DNA of 64,000 bases from Candidatus Melainabacteria bacterium (GCA_963702275.1 CAVPCF010000184.1:55548-119547); one strand, 5' to 3'; shown: positions 9,594 to 20,312, counted from the stretch's first letter. The notes: generated by a model not told the origin, from the sequence alone. A program made the numbers and translations.

Positions 9594-11420
9594 TCACCAG
9601 CCGACTGCTACCACCATGTACTGCGGGTTCTGGACGCCGATGTTCGAGGACTGTCCAGCGAAATCGTCGTACGGGAAGCCGTACTGCTTGGCGTTGATGG
9701 AATTCTGGTGCCAGAACTGGGCGTAGTAGTTCGCAGGCGCGGACTTGTAGTACTGGGTCGGGTCCGCCTGCTGCGCCGTGGTCAGCCCCGCGACGTGCCG
9801 GTTGAACGCGGCGCACAGCTGCGGATTGGCGGCCAGCGTGCCACCGCAGCCGAAGATCTGCGCCGTGGTGTCGCTGCTGTCGCCGTTGGCTGCCGCGTAG
9901 CCGGTCATGTAGTTCGCGAACTGGCCGCCCGGCTGGAACACCGGGTCGTTGCCCGGCGACGGGATGCCGAACGGCGCCTGGTCGGTCGCCAGCGACTTGA
10001 ACTCGGTCGGCACCGAGTTCTGGAACCGCTGGAACGTCGACGTCCTGCTTTCCTGGAAGGTGGCGAAGTTCTCGCCGATCTCCTGCTCCGAGCCGTCGTG
10101 GGCGTGCACGAGCATGGCCAGCTTGATGCCGAACCGGTCGACCCGGGTCGTGTCGACGTCGATGAACGACGCGCCGACGGTGAACTCGATGAAGTCGAAA
10201 TACTGGCCGTTGGGCGAGCCCAGGAAGAAGTTCATCCGGCCGGACGAGTTGGCCGGCATGTCGATGAACGGCTGTTGCGCGATCGATGCCGTCTGCCCGT
10301 TGAAGCTCCAGAAGACCTGGCTGTCGGGCCACTGGCCGTTCGTCTGGTTGATGATCTTGACTTCGAGGACGTTGTGCGCGGCCGGAATGGTGCTCACGTC
10401 ACCCCAGAACGACGCGGGCGGCGCGCCGGAGCCGGGCGGCGTGGTGACCGTGGTCGTCGGCCCGGTGGTGGTCGTGGGCGGCGGTGGCGAGCCACCGGTG
10501 GTGAAGATGCCGAACTCCCACAGCGAGTAGCCGAATGCCGTGCCGCGGGCGGTGCCGTTCATCCGGACGAAGCGGCCGGTGCCGGTCACGTTGAGCGTCT
10601 GGATGCCGCCGGTGCCGGTTGTGGTCGAGAAGATCGTGGTCCAGTTGACCGCGTCGGGCGATGTCTGGATCTGGAACGCGGTGGCGAACGCGGCTTCCCA
10701 GTTCAGCGAGACCTGGCAGACCGACTGCGTCGAGCCGAGGTCGACCTGGAGCCACTGCGGGTCGCTGAAGGCGCTGGACCACCGGGTGCCGGTGTTGCCG
10801 TCGGTGGCGGCGCTGGCCGGGAACGAGGCGTTCTCGGTGGAGGAGGCGGTCGTCGGTCGGTTGACCGCGACGTTGGTGGTGCCGCATCCTGCCGCGTTCA
10901 CCGAGCCGAACACCTGGAACTCCCACAGCGAGTAGCCGAATGCCGTGCCGCGGGCGGTGCCGTTCATCCGGACGAAGCGGCCGGTGCCGGTCACGTTGAG
11001 CGTCTGGACGCCGCCGGTCCCGGTGGTGGTCGAGAAGATGGTCGTCCAGTTCGCCGCGTCCTGGGACGTCTGAATCTGGAACGACTTGCCGAAGGCGGCC
11101 TCCCAGTTCAGCACCACCTGGCTGATGCTCGCGGACGAGCCGAGGTCGACCTGGATCCACTGTGGATCGCTGAAGGCGCTGGACCACCGGGTGCCGGTGT
11201 TGCCGTCGGTGGCGGCGCTGGCCGGGAACGTGGCGTTCTCGGTGGACGACGCGGTGGTCGGCTTGCCCTGCGACAGCAGGGTGGCGGCCGCGTGGGCGGC
11301 GGGCCCTGTGACGACGATGGTGTAGATGGCCACGCTGAGCACGACCAGTGTGGCCATCACCGTTGGCAGTGTTCGAGACAGTCTCCGTCGCGTCATTGCG
11401 TCGGAGGAGCGGACCTTCAT
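9594..11420 (-). CDS. secreted beta-1,3-glucanase-like protein (GH64-like catalytic region) with two F5/8 type C (discoidin/CBM32-like) domains
   Basis: Signal peptide ending AHAAA. Two ~135-aa discoidin-type modules (TDGNTGTRWSS...GYSLWEF) and a Pro/Thr linker. The C-terminal region (FGCGG...LCAAFNRH...YGFPYDDFAGQSS) resembles the laminaripentaose-producing GH64 fold as I recall it. GGAGAA RBS before ATG 11420. Confidence 0.7.
   Translation of the reverse strand: MKVRSSDAMTRRRLSRTLPTVMATLVVLSVAIYTIVVTGPAAHAAATLLSQGKPTTASSTENATFPASAATDGNTGTRWSSAFSDPQWIQVDLGSSASISQVVLNWEAAFGKSFQIQTSQDAANWTTIFSTTTGTGGVQTLNVTGTGRFVRMNGTARGTAFGYSLWEFQVFGSVNAAGCGTTNVAVNRPTTASSTENASFPASAATDGNTGTRWSSAFSDPQWLQVDLGSTQSVCQVSLNWEAAFATAFQIQTSPDAVNWTTIFSTTTGTGGIQTLNVTGTGRFVRMNGTARGTAFGYSLWEFGIFTTGGSPPPPTTTTGPTTTVTTPPGSGAPPASFWGDVSTIPAAHNVLEVKIINQTNGQWPDSQVFWSFNGQTASIAQQPFIDMPANSSGRMNFFLGSPNGQYFDFIEFTVGASFIDVDTTRVDRFGIKLAMLVHAHDGSEQEIGENFATFQESRTSTFQRFQNSVPTEFKSLATDQAPFGIPSPGNDPVFQPGGQFANYMTGYAAANGDSSDTTAQIFGCGGTLAANPQLCAAFNRHVAGLTTAQQADPTQYYKSAPANYYAQFWHQNSINAKQYGFPYDDFAGQSSNIGVQNPQYMVVAVGW
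10512..11270 (-). repeat. intragenic tandem duplication (405-bp period) encoding the two discoidin modules
   Basis: The string gaactcccacagcgagtagccgaatgccgtgccgcgggcggtgccgttcatccggacgaagcggccggtgccggtcacgttgagcgtctgga occurs at both 10512 and 10917. Similarity continues through both copies. Confidence 0.85.
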
Positions 11421-11483
11421 GGTTTCTCCAGCACGATTGCGGGCACGGGCGCGCGCCCTACGCCGGGGTTGCGCCAACGGCGG

Positions 11484-11497
11484 TGAGAGCGCTCTCA
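11484..11497. promoter_or_regulatory. LacI-family-type palindromic operator candidate upstream of the glucanase gene
   Basis: Perfect 14-bp palindrome TGAGAGCGCTCTCA, 64-77 nt upstream of ATG 11420. Same architecture as the CebR box TGGGAGCGCTCCCA. Confidence 0.45.
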
Positions 11498-11728
11498 GTG
11501 CGTAGCATGGGCGTTACGGAAATGACCTGTCAAGCCCGCTACCAGCGCTGTTGCATGTAAATACGACCGCTGCAACCGATTCAGCGCAGATGGCCCCGGT
11601 TCCGCAACCCGAGCACATAACACAAAAAATATCCGGCCCCGCCACCAGAACAGCCGACGGTCGACCCACCGGCCGCCCACGCGACCCGTCGAACGAACGA
11701 GCCAGGGAACCGGCTTTCTCCTCGTCGA

Positions 11729-12550
11729 TCAGAGCGGATTCTCCGGATAGGGCGCGAAGGCGATCGTCGGCAGGTCCGTCGCGGACGCGCCGGAGTCGGC
11801 GGTCACGACCGAACCGGTCATCGCCGCCGAGTCGTCGGACAGCAGGAACGCCACGATGCCGGCGATCTCCGCCGACGTCGCCGGCCGGCCCAACGGCGTG
11901 TTCTGGGTGACCAGCCGGTAGGCCGCCTCGCGGTCAAGGCCGCGCGTGGCACCGAGTTCGTCCATCTCCTCGTCCGCCATCGGCGTGCGGACCCAGCCGG
12001 GGCACAGCGCGTTCACCCGCACGCCGCGCCGGCCGTAGTCGCGGGCCAGCGAGCGGGTCAGGCCGATCAGCGCGTGCTTGGTGGTCACGTAGCCTGCCAC
12101 CCCCGGGCCGGCGAACAGGCCGGCCAGCGACGACACGACGACCACCGAGCCGCCCTGCTCGACCAGGTGCGGCAGCGCCTCGCGGATGGTGACGAACGCG
12201 CTGTTCAGGTTGGTGTCCAGGGATTCCCGCCATGCCTCGTCGCTGGTCTCGGCCACCGTGCCGAGGCCGTGGCCGCCCGCGTTGGCCACCACCAGATCCA
12301 GTCGGCCGTACCGTCGCACGCCGTCGGCGACGACCCGCCGGGCGTCCTCGGTCCGTGCGGCGTCGCCCGGTGCGACGAAACCGGCGTCCCCCAACTCGGC
12401 GGCCACCTCGCGGAGCGGGTCGGGTCGCCGGCCGCAGAGCACCACGTTGGCCCCCTCGGCGACCAACCGGCGTGCGGTGGCCGCGCCGATCCCGGTGCCG
12501 GCACCGGTGATCAGGGCTACCTTGCCCGCCAAGCGCTTCGTCGTGTCCAC
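11729..12550 (-). CDS. SDR family oxidoreductase
   Basis: TGAGTGIG cofactor motif, a YxxxK-type region (YVTTKHAL) and a GAGGAG RBS before GTG 12550. Confidence 0.9.
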   Translation of the reverse strand: MDTTKRLAGKVALITGAGTGIGAATARRLVAEGANVVLCGRRPDPLREVAAELGDAGFVAPGDAARTEDARRVVADGVRRYGRLDLVVANAGGHGLGTVAETSDEAWRESLDTNLNSAFVTIREALPHLVEQGGSVVVVSSLAGLFAGPGVAGYVTTKHALIGLTRSLARDYGRRGVRVNALCPGWVRTPMADEEMDELGATRGLDREAAYRLVTQNTPLGRPATSAEIAGIVAFLLSDDSAAMTGSVVTADSGASATDLPTIAFAPYPENPL

Positions 12551-12574
12551 AACAGACTCCTCAGCGGTCGCGCA

Positions 12575-12607
12575 GAAGCCCGCCGGGGCGAGGTCCCGGC
12601 GGGCTTC
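12575..12607. other. strong hairpin in a divergent intergenic region (leader structure or orphan terminator)
   Basis: Perfect 13-bp stem GAAGCCCGCCGGG/CCCGGCGGGCTTC with a 7-nt loop, 25 nt upstream of the SDR start. Confidence 0.4.
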
Positions 12608-12833
12608 ATACGTTATCCCCGATTCTCGCGGTACGGCCCCTGGCCTAAGGAGGGATGCAGGCGCCAGGAGCCGTACCGCTCACCCATCTTGCCTTGCTCG
12701 ACGGGCTAATCTGGAATGACTCCAGACTACGCCTTTCTCGGTCATCTGTTGTTACTCCAAACGAGTGAACGCCATTGGTTAACTTGACGGCTAAATAACT
12801 ACATGGTGAAGTAAGCGTCGGAAGGAGGCCGGG

Positions 12834-13628
12834 ATGACCAGCACCGAGAATCAACTCGACGCCGCGTTCGCCGCACTGGCCGACCCGACGCGCAGGGCGA
12901 TCGTCAACCGCCTCGCCAAGGGAGACGCCACGGTGAACGAACTGGCCGCGCCCTTCGACATGACCCTGCCGGGCATCTCCAAACATCTGAAGGTGCTCGA
13001 ACGGTGCGGGCTCATCTCGCGCAGCCGGCACGCCCAGTTCCGCCCCTGCCATCTGGAACGGGGCCCGCTCGACTCGGCCGTGGGCTGGATCGAGGAGAAC
13101 CGGCGAATCTGGACCGAACGGTTCGACAAGCTCGACGACACCTGCGCGACATCCAACAGTCGACCGCGGAAGGAACCACTGATCATGAGTAACACCAACG
13201 AACTCGTCTTCACCCGGGTCTTCGACGCACCACGCGAGCTCGTCTTCCGCTGCATGATCGACCCGAAGCACCTGACCCACTTCTGGGGCCCGGACGGCGT
13301 GCACACCCCGATCGACAGGATCGTGGTCGACCCTCGGCCGGGCGGCGTGTTCCAAACCGTCATGGTCAACGACGCGGACGGCACCGAGTACCCGTCGAAG
13401 GGGATCTTCGTCGAGGTCATCGAACCGGAGCGCCTCGTCTGGGTCGAGGACGACATGACCACCACGTCCACCTTCACCGACCTCGGCGACTCGCGCACCG
13501 AGATCCGCATCCACCAGGCCAACGTGCCGGCGGCGTACCTCAGCCCCGAAGCCCAGGCCGGCTTCAGGTCCTCGCTCGACCGCTGCGCCGCCTACCTGGC
13601 AGAACTCCTGACCGGGAACCAGCGATGA
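12834..13628 (+). CDS. ArsR/SmtB-type HTH regulator fused in frame to an SRPBCC (Aha1/START-like) domain
   Basis: The N-terminal ~105 aa is ArsR-like (LADPTRRAIVNRLAKGDATVNELAAPFDMTLPGISKHLKVLERCGLI). The C-terminal ~145 aa is SRPBCC-like (ELVFTRVFDAPRELVFRCMIDPKHLTHFWGP). No stop codon between them. An internal ATG at 13185 has a GGAAGGA element upstream. Confidence 0.75.
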   Translation: MTSTENQLDAAFAALADPTRRAIVNRLAKGDATVNELAAPFDMTLPGISKHLKVLERCGLISRSRHAQFRPCHLERGPLDSAVGWIEENRRIWTERFDKLDDTCATSNSRPRKEPLIMSNTNELVFTRVFDAPRELVFRCMIDPKHLTHFWGPDGVHTPIDRIVVDPRPGGVFQTVMVNDADGTEYPSKGIFVEVIEPERLVWVEDDMTTTSTFTDLGDSRTEIRIHQANVPAAYLSPEAQAGFRSSLDRCAAYLAELLTGNQR

Positions 13629-14245
13629 CCGCCGACCTGCGCGCGGAACTCGCGGCGAACCGCCGGGAACTGGCCGACATGGTGGCGGGCCTGCCGGCCG
13701 ACTCCTGGGACGCGCCGACGCTGTGCGCGGGATGGCGGGTACGCGAGGTGGTCGCGCACGTCACCATGCCGTTCCGGTACTCGACCGGCCGGTTCCTGGT
13801 CGAACTGGCCCGGTCCGGCCTGCGGTTCGACCGGATGTCCGACCGATGCGCCCGCCGGGACGCCGACGTTCCGCCCGCCGAGCTCGCGGCGGCCGTCCGG
13901 GACAACATCACCAACCCGTGGCGCCCGCCGGGCGGCGGCTTCGAGGGCGCCCTCGTGCACGACGTGATCCACGGCCTCGACATCACCGTGCCGCTGGGCA
14001 TCGATGCGCCGATCCCGCCCGACCGGCTGCGCGCGGTCCTGGACGGCGTCACGAAACCGGCGTCCCGCAAGCACTTCGGCATCGACCTGACCGGGATCGA
14101 ACTGCGGGCCGACGACCTTGACTGGTCGTTCGGCACCGGCACCACGGTGTCCGGCCCCGCCCGCTACCTGGCCCTCGTGCTGTGCCACCGCACGCTGCCG
14201 GCGGGCCACCTGGCCGGCACGGCGGCGGAGCGGTTCAGCGGCTAG
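13625..14245 (+). CDS. maleylpyruvate isomerase-family mycothiol-dependent enzyme (DinB/MDMPI_N-like)
   Basis: N-terminal pattern [35 protein letters not shown] overlap with the upstream gene. Confidence 0.7.
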   Translation: MTADLRAELAANRRELADMVAGLPADSWDAPTLCAGWRVREVVAHVTMPFRYSTGRFLVELARSGLRFDRMSDRCARRDADVPPAELAAAVRDNITNPWRPPGGGFEGALVHDVIHGLDITVPLGIDAPIPPDRLRAVLDGVTKPASRKHFGIDLTGIELRADDLDWSFGTGTTVSGPARYLALVLCHRTLPAGHLAGTAAERFSG

Positions 14246-14280
14246 TACCGTCCGCCTGTGGCCAACCGAAGGGGGAAGGC

Positions 14281-15042
14281 ATGACCGCCGACACCGACCT
14301 GCCGCGACTGCCCAACGGCATCACGGCGTGCCTGTTCGACCTGGACGGGGTGCTGACCAAGACCGCGACGGTGCACGCCGCGGCCTGGAAGGAGATGTTC
14401 GACGAGTACCTGCGCGCCAGAGCCGAGCGCACCGGCGAGAAGTTCGTGCCGTTCGACCCGGTCGCCGACTACGACGCCTACGTCGACGGCCTGCCCCGCG
14501 CGGACGGCACCCGCACCTTCCTGCACTCCAGGGGCATCGACCTGCCTGAGGGCGGGCCGAACGACCCACCCGACGCCGAGACCGTCCACGCGCTGAGCGA
14601 ACGGAAGAACCAGTTGGTACTGCACAAGATCGAGCACGACGGCGTCGAGGTCTACCCCGGCTCGGTGCGGTTCCTGCGGGCCGTGCGCGCCGCCGGGATG
14701 CCGGTCGCCGTGGTGTCCTCCAGCGCCAACTGCGCGCAGGTACTGGCCAGCACCGGCCTCGACCGGTACGTCGACACCCGGATCGACGGCATCGTCGCCG
14801 AACGTGAGCACCTGGCCGGCAAGCCGGCGCCGGACACGTATCTGGCCGGCGCCAGGGCGTTGGGCGTGCCACCGTCGGCCGCGGCCGTGTTCGAGGACGC
14901 GTTGGCCGGGGTCGCGGCGGGCCGCGCGGGCAACTTCGGTTACGTGGTCGGCGTCGACCGCGTCGGGCAGGCGGACGAACTGCGTCGCCACGGTGCCGAC
15001 ACCGTCGTGACGGACCTGGCCGAACTGCTGGTGACCGCATGA
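14281..15042 (+). CDS. HAD-superfamily hydrolase, beta-phosphoglucomutase family
   Basis: DLDGVLT motif I and a C-terminal [24 protein letters not shown] motif. Trimmed to ATG 14281. Coupled to the GH65 gene. Confidence 0.85.
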   Translation: MTADTDLPRLPNGITACLFDLDGVLTKTATVHAAAWKEMFDEYLRARAERTGEKFVPFDPVADYDAYVDGLPRADGTRTFLHSRGIDLPEGGPNDPPDAETVHALSERKNQLVLHKIEHDGVEVYPGSVRFLRAVRAAGMPVAVVSSSANCAQVLASTGLDRYVDTRIDGIVAEREHLAGKPAPDTYLAGARALGVPPSAAAVFEDALAGVAAGRAGNFGYVVGVDRVGQADELRRHGADTVVTDLAELLVTA

Positions 15043-17396
15043 TCCGGCACACGGCGTTCGAGGTCCAGCCGTGGCTGCTGCGGGAGACCGAGCTGGACCT
15101 GGCGGTGCTCGCGCAGACCGAGTCGATCTTCGCGCTGAGCAACGGGCACATCGGCTGGCGCGGCAACGTCGACGAGGGGGAGCCGCACGGCCTGCCCGGC
15201 ACCTACCTCAACGGCGTCTACGAGACCCGCCCGCTGCCCTACGCCGAGGCGGGCTACGGCTACCCGGAGTCGGGCCAGACGGTGATCAACGTGACCGACG
15301 GCAAGCTCATCCGGCTGCTGGTGGACGACGAGCCGTTCGACCTCCGCTACGGTGAACTCCGTTCCCACGTAAGGGAACTCGACTTCCGGGCCGGTGTGCT
15401 GACCCGCACGGCCGAGTGGGTGGCGCCGACCGGCCGCGCGATCCGGATGCGCTCGCGCCGGCTGGTGTCGTTCACCCAGCGCGCCATCGCCGCCGTCTGC
15501 TACGACGTCGAACCGCTCGACGGCCCGACCCGGATCGTCCTGCAGTCCGAACTGGTCGCCAACGAACCGATGCCCGCGCCCGCCACGGCCGACCCCCGTG
15601 GCTCCGCCAACCTGGACGCGCCGCTGGTCGACGAGCGGCACGCGATCGAGGGCGGCCGCGTGAGCACGGTGTACCGCACGCGCGTGAGCGGCCTCGGCGT
15701 CGCCGCCGCGATGGACCACGAGATCAGCGCGCCGGTGGCACTGGAAGTGGCCACGGAGTCTGCCCAGAACCTGGGCAGGACAACGGTTTCCGCGCTGCTG
15801 ACGCCCGGCCAGCGATTGCGTGTCATCAAGTACGTCGCCTACGGCTGGTCGCTGCAGCGGTCCGCGGCCGGGCTGCGGGCGCAGGTGGCCGCGGCGCTCG
15901 TCGCGGCCCGCCAGACCGGCTGGGAGGGCCTGCTCGCCGAGCAACGCGCGTTCCTTGACGACTTCTGGGAGCGCGCCGACGTCCAGGTCGACGGCGATCC
16001 GGACGTGCAGCAGGCGGTCCGGTTCGGACTGTTCCACATCGCCCAGGCCGGTGCGCGGGCCGAGCGGCGCGCGGTGCCGGCCAAGGGCCTCACCGGTTCC
16101 GGCTACGACGGGCACTGCTTCTGGGACAGCGAGGTCTTCGCGTTGCCGGTGCTGACCTACACCCTGCCGGACGCGGCCCGCGACGCCCTGCTCTGGCGCC
16201 ACGACATCCTGCCCGACGCCATCGCGCGCGCCGCCGAACTCGGCTTCCGCGGCTCGGCGTTCCCGTGGCGGACGATCAGTGGCATGGAGTGCTCCGCGTA
16301 CTGGCCCGCTGGCACGGCCGCGTTCCACATCAACGCCGGCATCGCCGACGCCGTCGTCCGGTACGTCGACACCAGCGAGGACGACGAGTTCGCCCGAGGC
16401 CCCGGCCTCGACCTGTTGGTGAACACCGCACGGCTGTGGGCGTCGATCGGCCACACCGACGCGGCAGGCGGGTTCCGCATCGACGGTGTGACCGGCCCTG
16501 ACGAGTACAGCGCGATCGCCGACAACAACGTCTACACGAACCTGATGGCACGCAAGAACCTGCTGGCCGCGGTCGACGCCGTCGACCGGTTCGCCGACCG
16601 GGCCGACGAACTGGACGTCGACGCGGCCGAGGTCGCCGACTGGCGCCGGGCCGCCGATCACATGGTGGTGCCCTACGACGAACGACTCGGCGTGCACCCG
16701 CAGGCGGAGGGGTTCACCGACCACGAGGTGTGGGACTTCGAGTCCTGCGCGCCCGAGGACTACCCGTTGCTGTTGCGCTACCCGTATTTCGACCTGTACC
16801 GCAAGCAGGTGGTCAAGCAGGCCGACCTGGTACTGGCGATGTACCTGTGCCCTGACGACTTCACGCCAGAACAGAAGGCGCGGAACTTCGCCTACTACGA
16901 GGCGTTGACCGTGCGCGACTCGTCGCTGTCGGCCGGCACCCAGGCGGTGCTCGCGGCCGAGGTCGGCCACGCCGAACTGGCCGCGGACTACCTGACCGAA
17001 GCGGCCCTGATGGACCTGGACGACCTGGAGTCCAACACCCGCGACGGTCTGCACATCGCCGCGCTGGCCGGAGCGTGGCAGGCGCTGGTCGCCGGATTCG
17101 GCGGGATGCGCCACCGGGCAGGCGAACCACTGCGGTTCGCGCCGAGCCTGCCGCCCGGCGTGTCCCGGCTGGCGTTCCGGCTGTACTTCCGTCGCAGGCT
17201 GCTCAACGTCGAGATCACCGACGGCACCGCCACCTACACGCTGCTGGCCGGCGAACCCATGGCACTGCGCCACTACGACGAACCGTGCACGGTCGACGTC
17301 GACCGGCCGGTCACCGTCGCCGTGCCCGACCGGCCGCACCTCGAGCCACCCCGGCAGCCCGCGGGCCGCGCCCCGCACCGGCGCACCCTAAAGTGA
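15039..17396 (+). CDS. glycoside hydrolase family 65 disaccharide phosphorylase (trehalose/maltose/kojibiose type)
   Basis: 785 aa with an N-terminal pattern ([22 protein letters not shown]...YLNGVYE) typical of GH65. ATGA overlap with the beta-PGM-like gene, the classical pairing. Confidence 0.9.
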   Translation: MIRHTAFEVQPWLLRETELDLAVLAQTESIFALSNGHIGWRGNVDEGEPHGLPGTYLNGVYETRPLPYAEAGYGYPESGQTVINVTDGKLIRLLVDDEPFDLRYGELRSHVRELDFRAGVLTRTAEWVAPTGRAIRMRSRRLVSFTQRAIAAVCYDVEPLDGPTRIVLQSELVANEPMPAPATADPRGSANLDAPLVDERHAIEGGRVSTVYRTRVSGLGVAAAMDHEISAPVALEVATESAQNLGRTTVSALLTPGQRLRVIKYVAYGWSLQRSAAGLRAQVAAALVAARQTGWEGLLAEQRAFLDDFWERADVQVDGDPDVQQAVRFGLFHIAQAGARAERRAVPAKGLTGSGYDGHCFWDSEVFALPVLTYTLPDAARDALLWRHDILPDAIARAAELGFRGSAFPWRTISGMECSAYWPAGTAAFHINAGIADAVVRYVDTSEDDEFARGPGLDLLVNTARLWASIGHTDAAGGFRIDGVTGPDEYSAIADNNVYTNLMARKNLLAAVDAVDRFADRADELDVDAAEVADWRRAADHMVVPYDERLGVHPQAEGFTDHEVWDFESCAPEDYPLLLRYPYFDLYRKQVVKQADLVLAMYLCPDDFTPEQKARNFAYYEALTVRDSSLSAGTQAVLAAEVGHAELAADYLTEAALMDLDDLESNTRDGLHIAALAGAWQALVAGFGGMRHRAGEPLRFAPSLPPGVSRLAFRLYFRRRLLNVEITDGTATYTLLAGEPMALRHYDEPCTVDVDRPVTVAVPDRPHLEPPRQPAGRAPHRRTLK

Positions 17397-17452
17397 GCAG
17401 CAGCATCGACCGTCCTGGTCGAGCGTTGGCACGAGGACGGTCACAGGCGGCA

Positions 17453-18679
17453 ATGGTGGCTGGCAACAACATGCCCGGCGGTGCGCCCGGCGACGACCGG
17501 TCAAGCCCGCTGCCGGTGCTGCTGATCGAGGACGACGACGGCGACGCCCTGATCGTCGAGGACCTGCTGCTCGGTACGACCGCGACCATCCACGTGCACC
17601 GCGTCCGCACGCTCGCGGCGGCCCGGCCGCTGCTGTCCGACGTCTCGTGCGTGCTGCTGGACCTCGGTCTGCCGGACACGTACGGCCTGGAAGGCGTGCA
17701 CTGGTTGCAGGCGAACGTGCCGCAGGTCGCGGTCGTCGTGCTGACCGGCATGTCCGACGAGCACCTCGGCCAGGAGGCGGTCCGGTCCGGCGCGCAGGAC
17801 TACCTGGTCAAGGGCCAGGTGGACGGCCACCTGCTGCACCGGGTGATCCGCTATTCGGTGGCACGGCAACTGTCCGACGACATGCAGCGCCAACTGAGCG
17901 AGGCGCGGATCTACGCGGAGGAGAACGCCCGGCTGGAACGCGGCCTGCTGCCATCACCGCTGGTGTCCACACCGGACCTGACGGTGGCCGCCCGCTACCG
18001 CCCCGGTGGCCGGCGAATGCTGCTGGGCGGCGACTTCTACGACGTGGTGCAGTCCGCGGACGGCTGGGTGCACGCGCTGGTCGGCGACGTGTGCGGGCAC
18101 GGCCCTGACGAGGCGGCGCTCGGCGTGTGCCTGCGGGTGGCGTGGCGCACGATGATGCTGTCGGGTCGTCCCATGCAGGAGACCCTGACCGTCCTGGGCC
18201 AGGTCTTCGAGCACGAACGGCACAGGGCCGGGCTGTTCGCCACGCTGTGCACGGTCTCGGTGGCACCGGACCGGGCCACCGGCCGGCTGTTCCTGGCGGG
18301 CCATCCGCCACCCCTGCTGATCACCCAGGCCGGCATCGCGGAACTGTCCGCGCCGGTGCACACCCCGGTGGGCATCGGCGACACGCGGCACTGGCCCGAC
18401 GGCGAGATCGCCCTCGGCACGGCGTGGACGATCCTGATGTACACAGACGGGTTGGTCGAGGGCCGGATCGGCAACGGCAACGAACGACTGGAGACCGAAG
18501 GGCTGATCGGCCTCGTCGAGTCGTTCCGCGCGGTCGGGTCGGACAGCACCGGCGGCTCGCGCGACGAGCGGATGCTGGACACGCTGGTCGACCAGGTGCG
18601 CGTGCTCAACGGCGGCGACCTCACCGACGACCTGGCCGTACTGGCACTGAGCCACAACATCGACAACCACGGCGGCTGA
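17453..18679 (+). CDS. response-regulator receiver fused to a PP2C/SpoIIE-type phosphatase
   Basis: Receiver domain (VLLIEDDDGDALIVEDLL...LLDLGLPD). PP2C/SpoIIE region (GGDFYDV...GDVCGHG...YTDGLVE). Trimmed to ATG 17453. Confidence 0.85.
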   Translation: MVAGNNMPGGAPGDDRSSPLPVLLIEDDDGDALIVEDLLLGTTATIHVHRVRTLAAARPLLSDVSCVLLDLGLPDTYGLEGVHWLQANVPQVAVVVLTGMSDEHLGQEAVRSGAQDYLVKGQVDGHLLHRVIRYSVARQLSDDMQRQLSEARIYAEENARLERGLLPSPLVSTPDLTVAARYRPGGRRMLLGGDFYDVVQSADGWVHALVGDVCGHGPDEAALGVCLRVAWRTMMLSGRPMQETLTVLGQVFEHERHRAGLFATLCTVSVAPDRATGRLFLAGHPPPLLITQAGIAELSAPVHTPVGIGDTRHWPDGEIALGTAWTILMYTDGLVEGRIGNGNERLETEGLIGLVESFRAVGSDSTGGSRDERMLDTLVDQVRVLNGGDLTDDLAVLALSHNIDNHGG

Positions 18680-18680
18680 C

Positions 18681-20312
18681 GTGACACAACTGGGCACCCC
18701 GCCTTCGGTGCGGCCGCACGCACCGCAACGGCCCTTCCGGCAGTGGCCGCTGAGCCGGATCATCGGCGTTTCGGTGCTGGTCATGGCGCTGTTCTCGGTG
18801 CTCGCGGCGGTCTTCGTCGGCATGGCGCTGACGAACGTGGGGCAGGTCAAGGACCAGGTGGTCAACCAGGTCGATCCGGCCGTCCAGCAGGCGCTGCGCC
18901 TGAACGCGGCACTGCTTGACCAGGAGAACGGCGTACGCGGCTACGCGCTGTCCGGCGGCCAGTCCGACTTCCTCAGCCCCTACACGTCCGGCCTCGCGAT
19001 CCAGCAGGACGCGGTCAACCAGCTCAACGGCCTGCTGGCCGACCTGCCCACCGCGGCCACCGACCTCAGGCAGGTGCTGAGCAGGGTGAACGCGTGGCGC
19101 GCCGGCTACGCCCAGCCGACCATCGACAAGGTCGCCGCGACCAAGGCGCCGGTCTCCGGCGCCTCGTTGGATCTCGCCAGGGCCTCGTTCGACTCGCTGC
19201 GGGCGGCGGCCGGCGCGCTGCAACACGATCTCGACCAGGCTCGCCGGGCGGCGACCGCCGCGCTGAACAGCGCGGCCAACCGGGTGAACACGGTCTGTGT
19301 CGTCCTGGGCGGCGTGCTGATCCTGATCGTGGTGGCGCTCGCGGTGGCCCTGCGGGCCGCCGCGATCCGGCCGCTGTCCCGGCTGGCGGGCGAGGTGCGC
19401 CAGGTCGCGGGCGGCGACTTCGAGCACGCCGTCGAACCGGCAGGGCCGCGCGAGGTCCGTGAGCTGAGCTGGCATGTGAACAGGATGCGCGAACGCATCC
19501 TGCACGAGCTGTCCTCGGCGCGGGCCGCGCACACGGTGCTCGACGCCCGCACCCAGGACCTGCAACGCTCCAACGCCGAACTCGAGCAGTTCGCCTACGT
19601 CGCATCACACGACCTGCAGGAACCGCTGCGCAAGGTGGCCAGCTTCTGCGAACTGCTGCAACGACGCTACGGCGGCAGGTTGGACGAACGAGCCGACCAG
19701 TACATCGGCTTCGCGGTGGACGGCGCCAAACGGATGCAGGTCCTGATCAACGACCTGCTGGCGTTCAGCCGGGTCGGCCGGATCACCGGCGACCGGCAGC
19801 CGGTGTCCGCCGACGTCCTCGTGGACCAGGCCAAGGCGAACCTGGCCGACGCGCTGGAGCGGACCGGCGCGACCGTCGAGGTCGGCGACCTGCCGATGGT
19901 GCTGGCCGAGGCGCCGCTGCTGACCGCGGTGTTCCAGAACCTGCTGAGCAACGCACTGAAGTTCCACGGCGACCAACCGCCGCACGTCACCATCGCCGCG
20001 CGGCGCGACGGCCCGGACTGGGAGTTCTCCTTCGCCGACCGGGGTATCGGCATCGGCGCGAAGTACGCGGAGCGGATCTTCATCATCTTCCAGCGCCTGC
20101 ACCCGAAGGACGAGTACCCCGGCACCGGGATCGGCCTTGCCATGTGCCGGAAGATCATCGAGTACCACGGCGGCAGGATCTGGCTGGACAACACGGCGGA
20201 GGTAGGCTCCCGGTTCCTGTTCACGCTCCCCGCCCTGCCTGCCGCCCCGCCAACGGACTCGGCCCCGTACGCAGCTCCGCTCAGCAACGAAGGGGACGCG
20301 ACCGATGACTGA
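18681..20312 (+). CDS. sensor histidine kinase with CHASE3-like, HAMP, HisKA and HATPase_c domains
   Basis: One N-terminal TM, then a CHASE3-like segment ([18 protein letters not shown]). H-box [16 protein letters not shown] and G-boxes DRGIGI/GTGIGLA. GTG start 1 nt after the upstream stop. Confidence 0.85.
   Translation: MTQLGTPPSVRPHAPQRPFRQWPLSRIIGVSVLVMALFSVLAAVFVGMALTNVGQVKDQVVNQVDPAVQQALRLNAALLDQENGVRGYALSGGQSDFLSPYTSGLAIQQDAVNQLNGLLADLPTAATDLRQVLSRVNAWRAGYAQPTIDKVAATKAPVSGASLDLARASFDSLRAAAGALQHDLDQARRAATAALNSAANRVNTVCVVLGGVLILIVVALAVALRAAAIRPLSRLAGEVRQVAGGDFEHAVEPAGPREVRELSWHVNRMRERILHELSSARAAHTVLDARTQDLQRSNAELEQFAYVASHDLQEPLRKVASFCELLQRRYGGRLDERADQYIGFAVDGAKRMQVLINDLLAFSRVGRITGDRQPVSADVLVDQAKANLADALERTGATVEVGDLPMVLAEAPLLTAVFQNLLSNALKFHGDQPPHVTIAARRDGPDWEFSFADRGIGIGAKYAERIFIIFQRLHPKDEYPGTGIGLAMCRKIIEYHGGRIWLDNTAEVGSRFLFTLPALPAAPPTDSAPYAAPLSNEGDATDD

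Noticed and set aside
9708-11486. Long antisense or alternative-frame ORFs. Examples: 9708..11486 +, 86..718 -, 14940..17378 -, 26863..29118 +, 45350..47230 -, 38561..39415 -, 39536..40681 -, 51745..52941 -.
   Set aside because: They are Arg/Gly/Pro/Ala-rich low-complexity translations typical of non-coding frames in high-GC DNA. Each overlaps a gene with clear family motifs on the other strand or in another frame.
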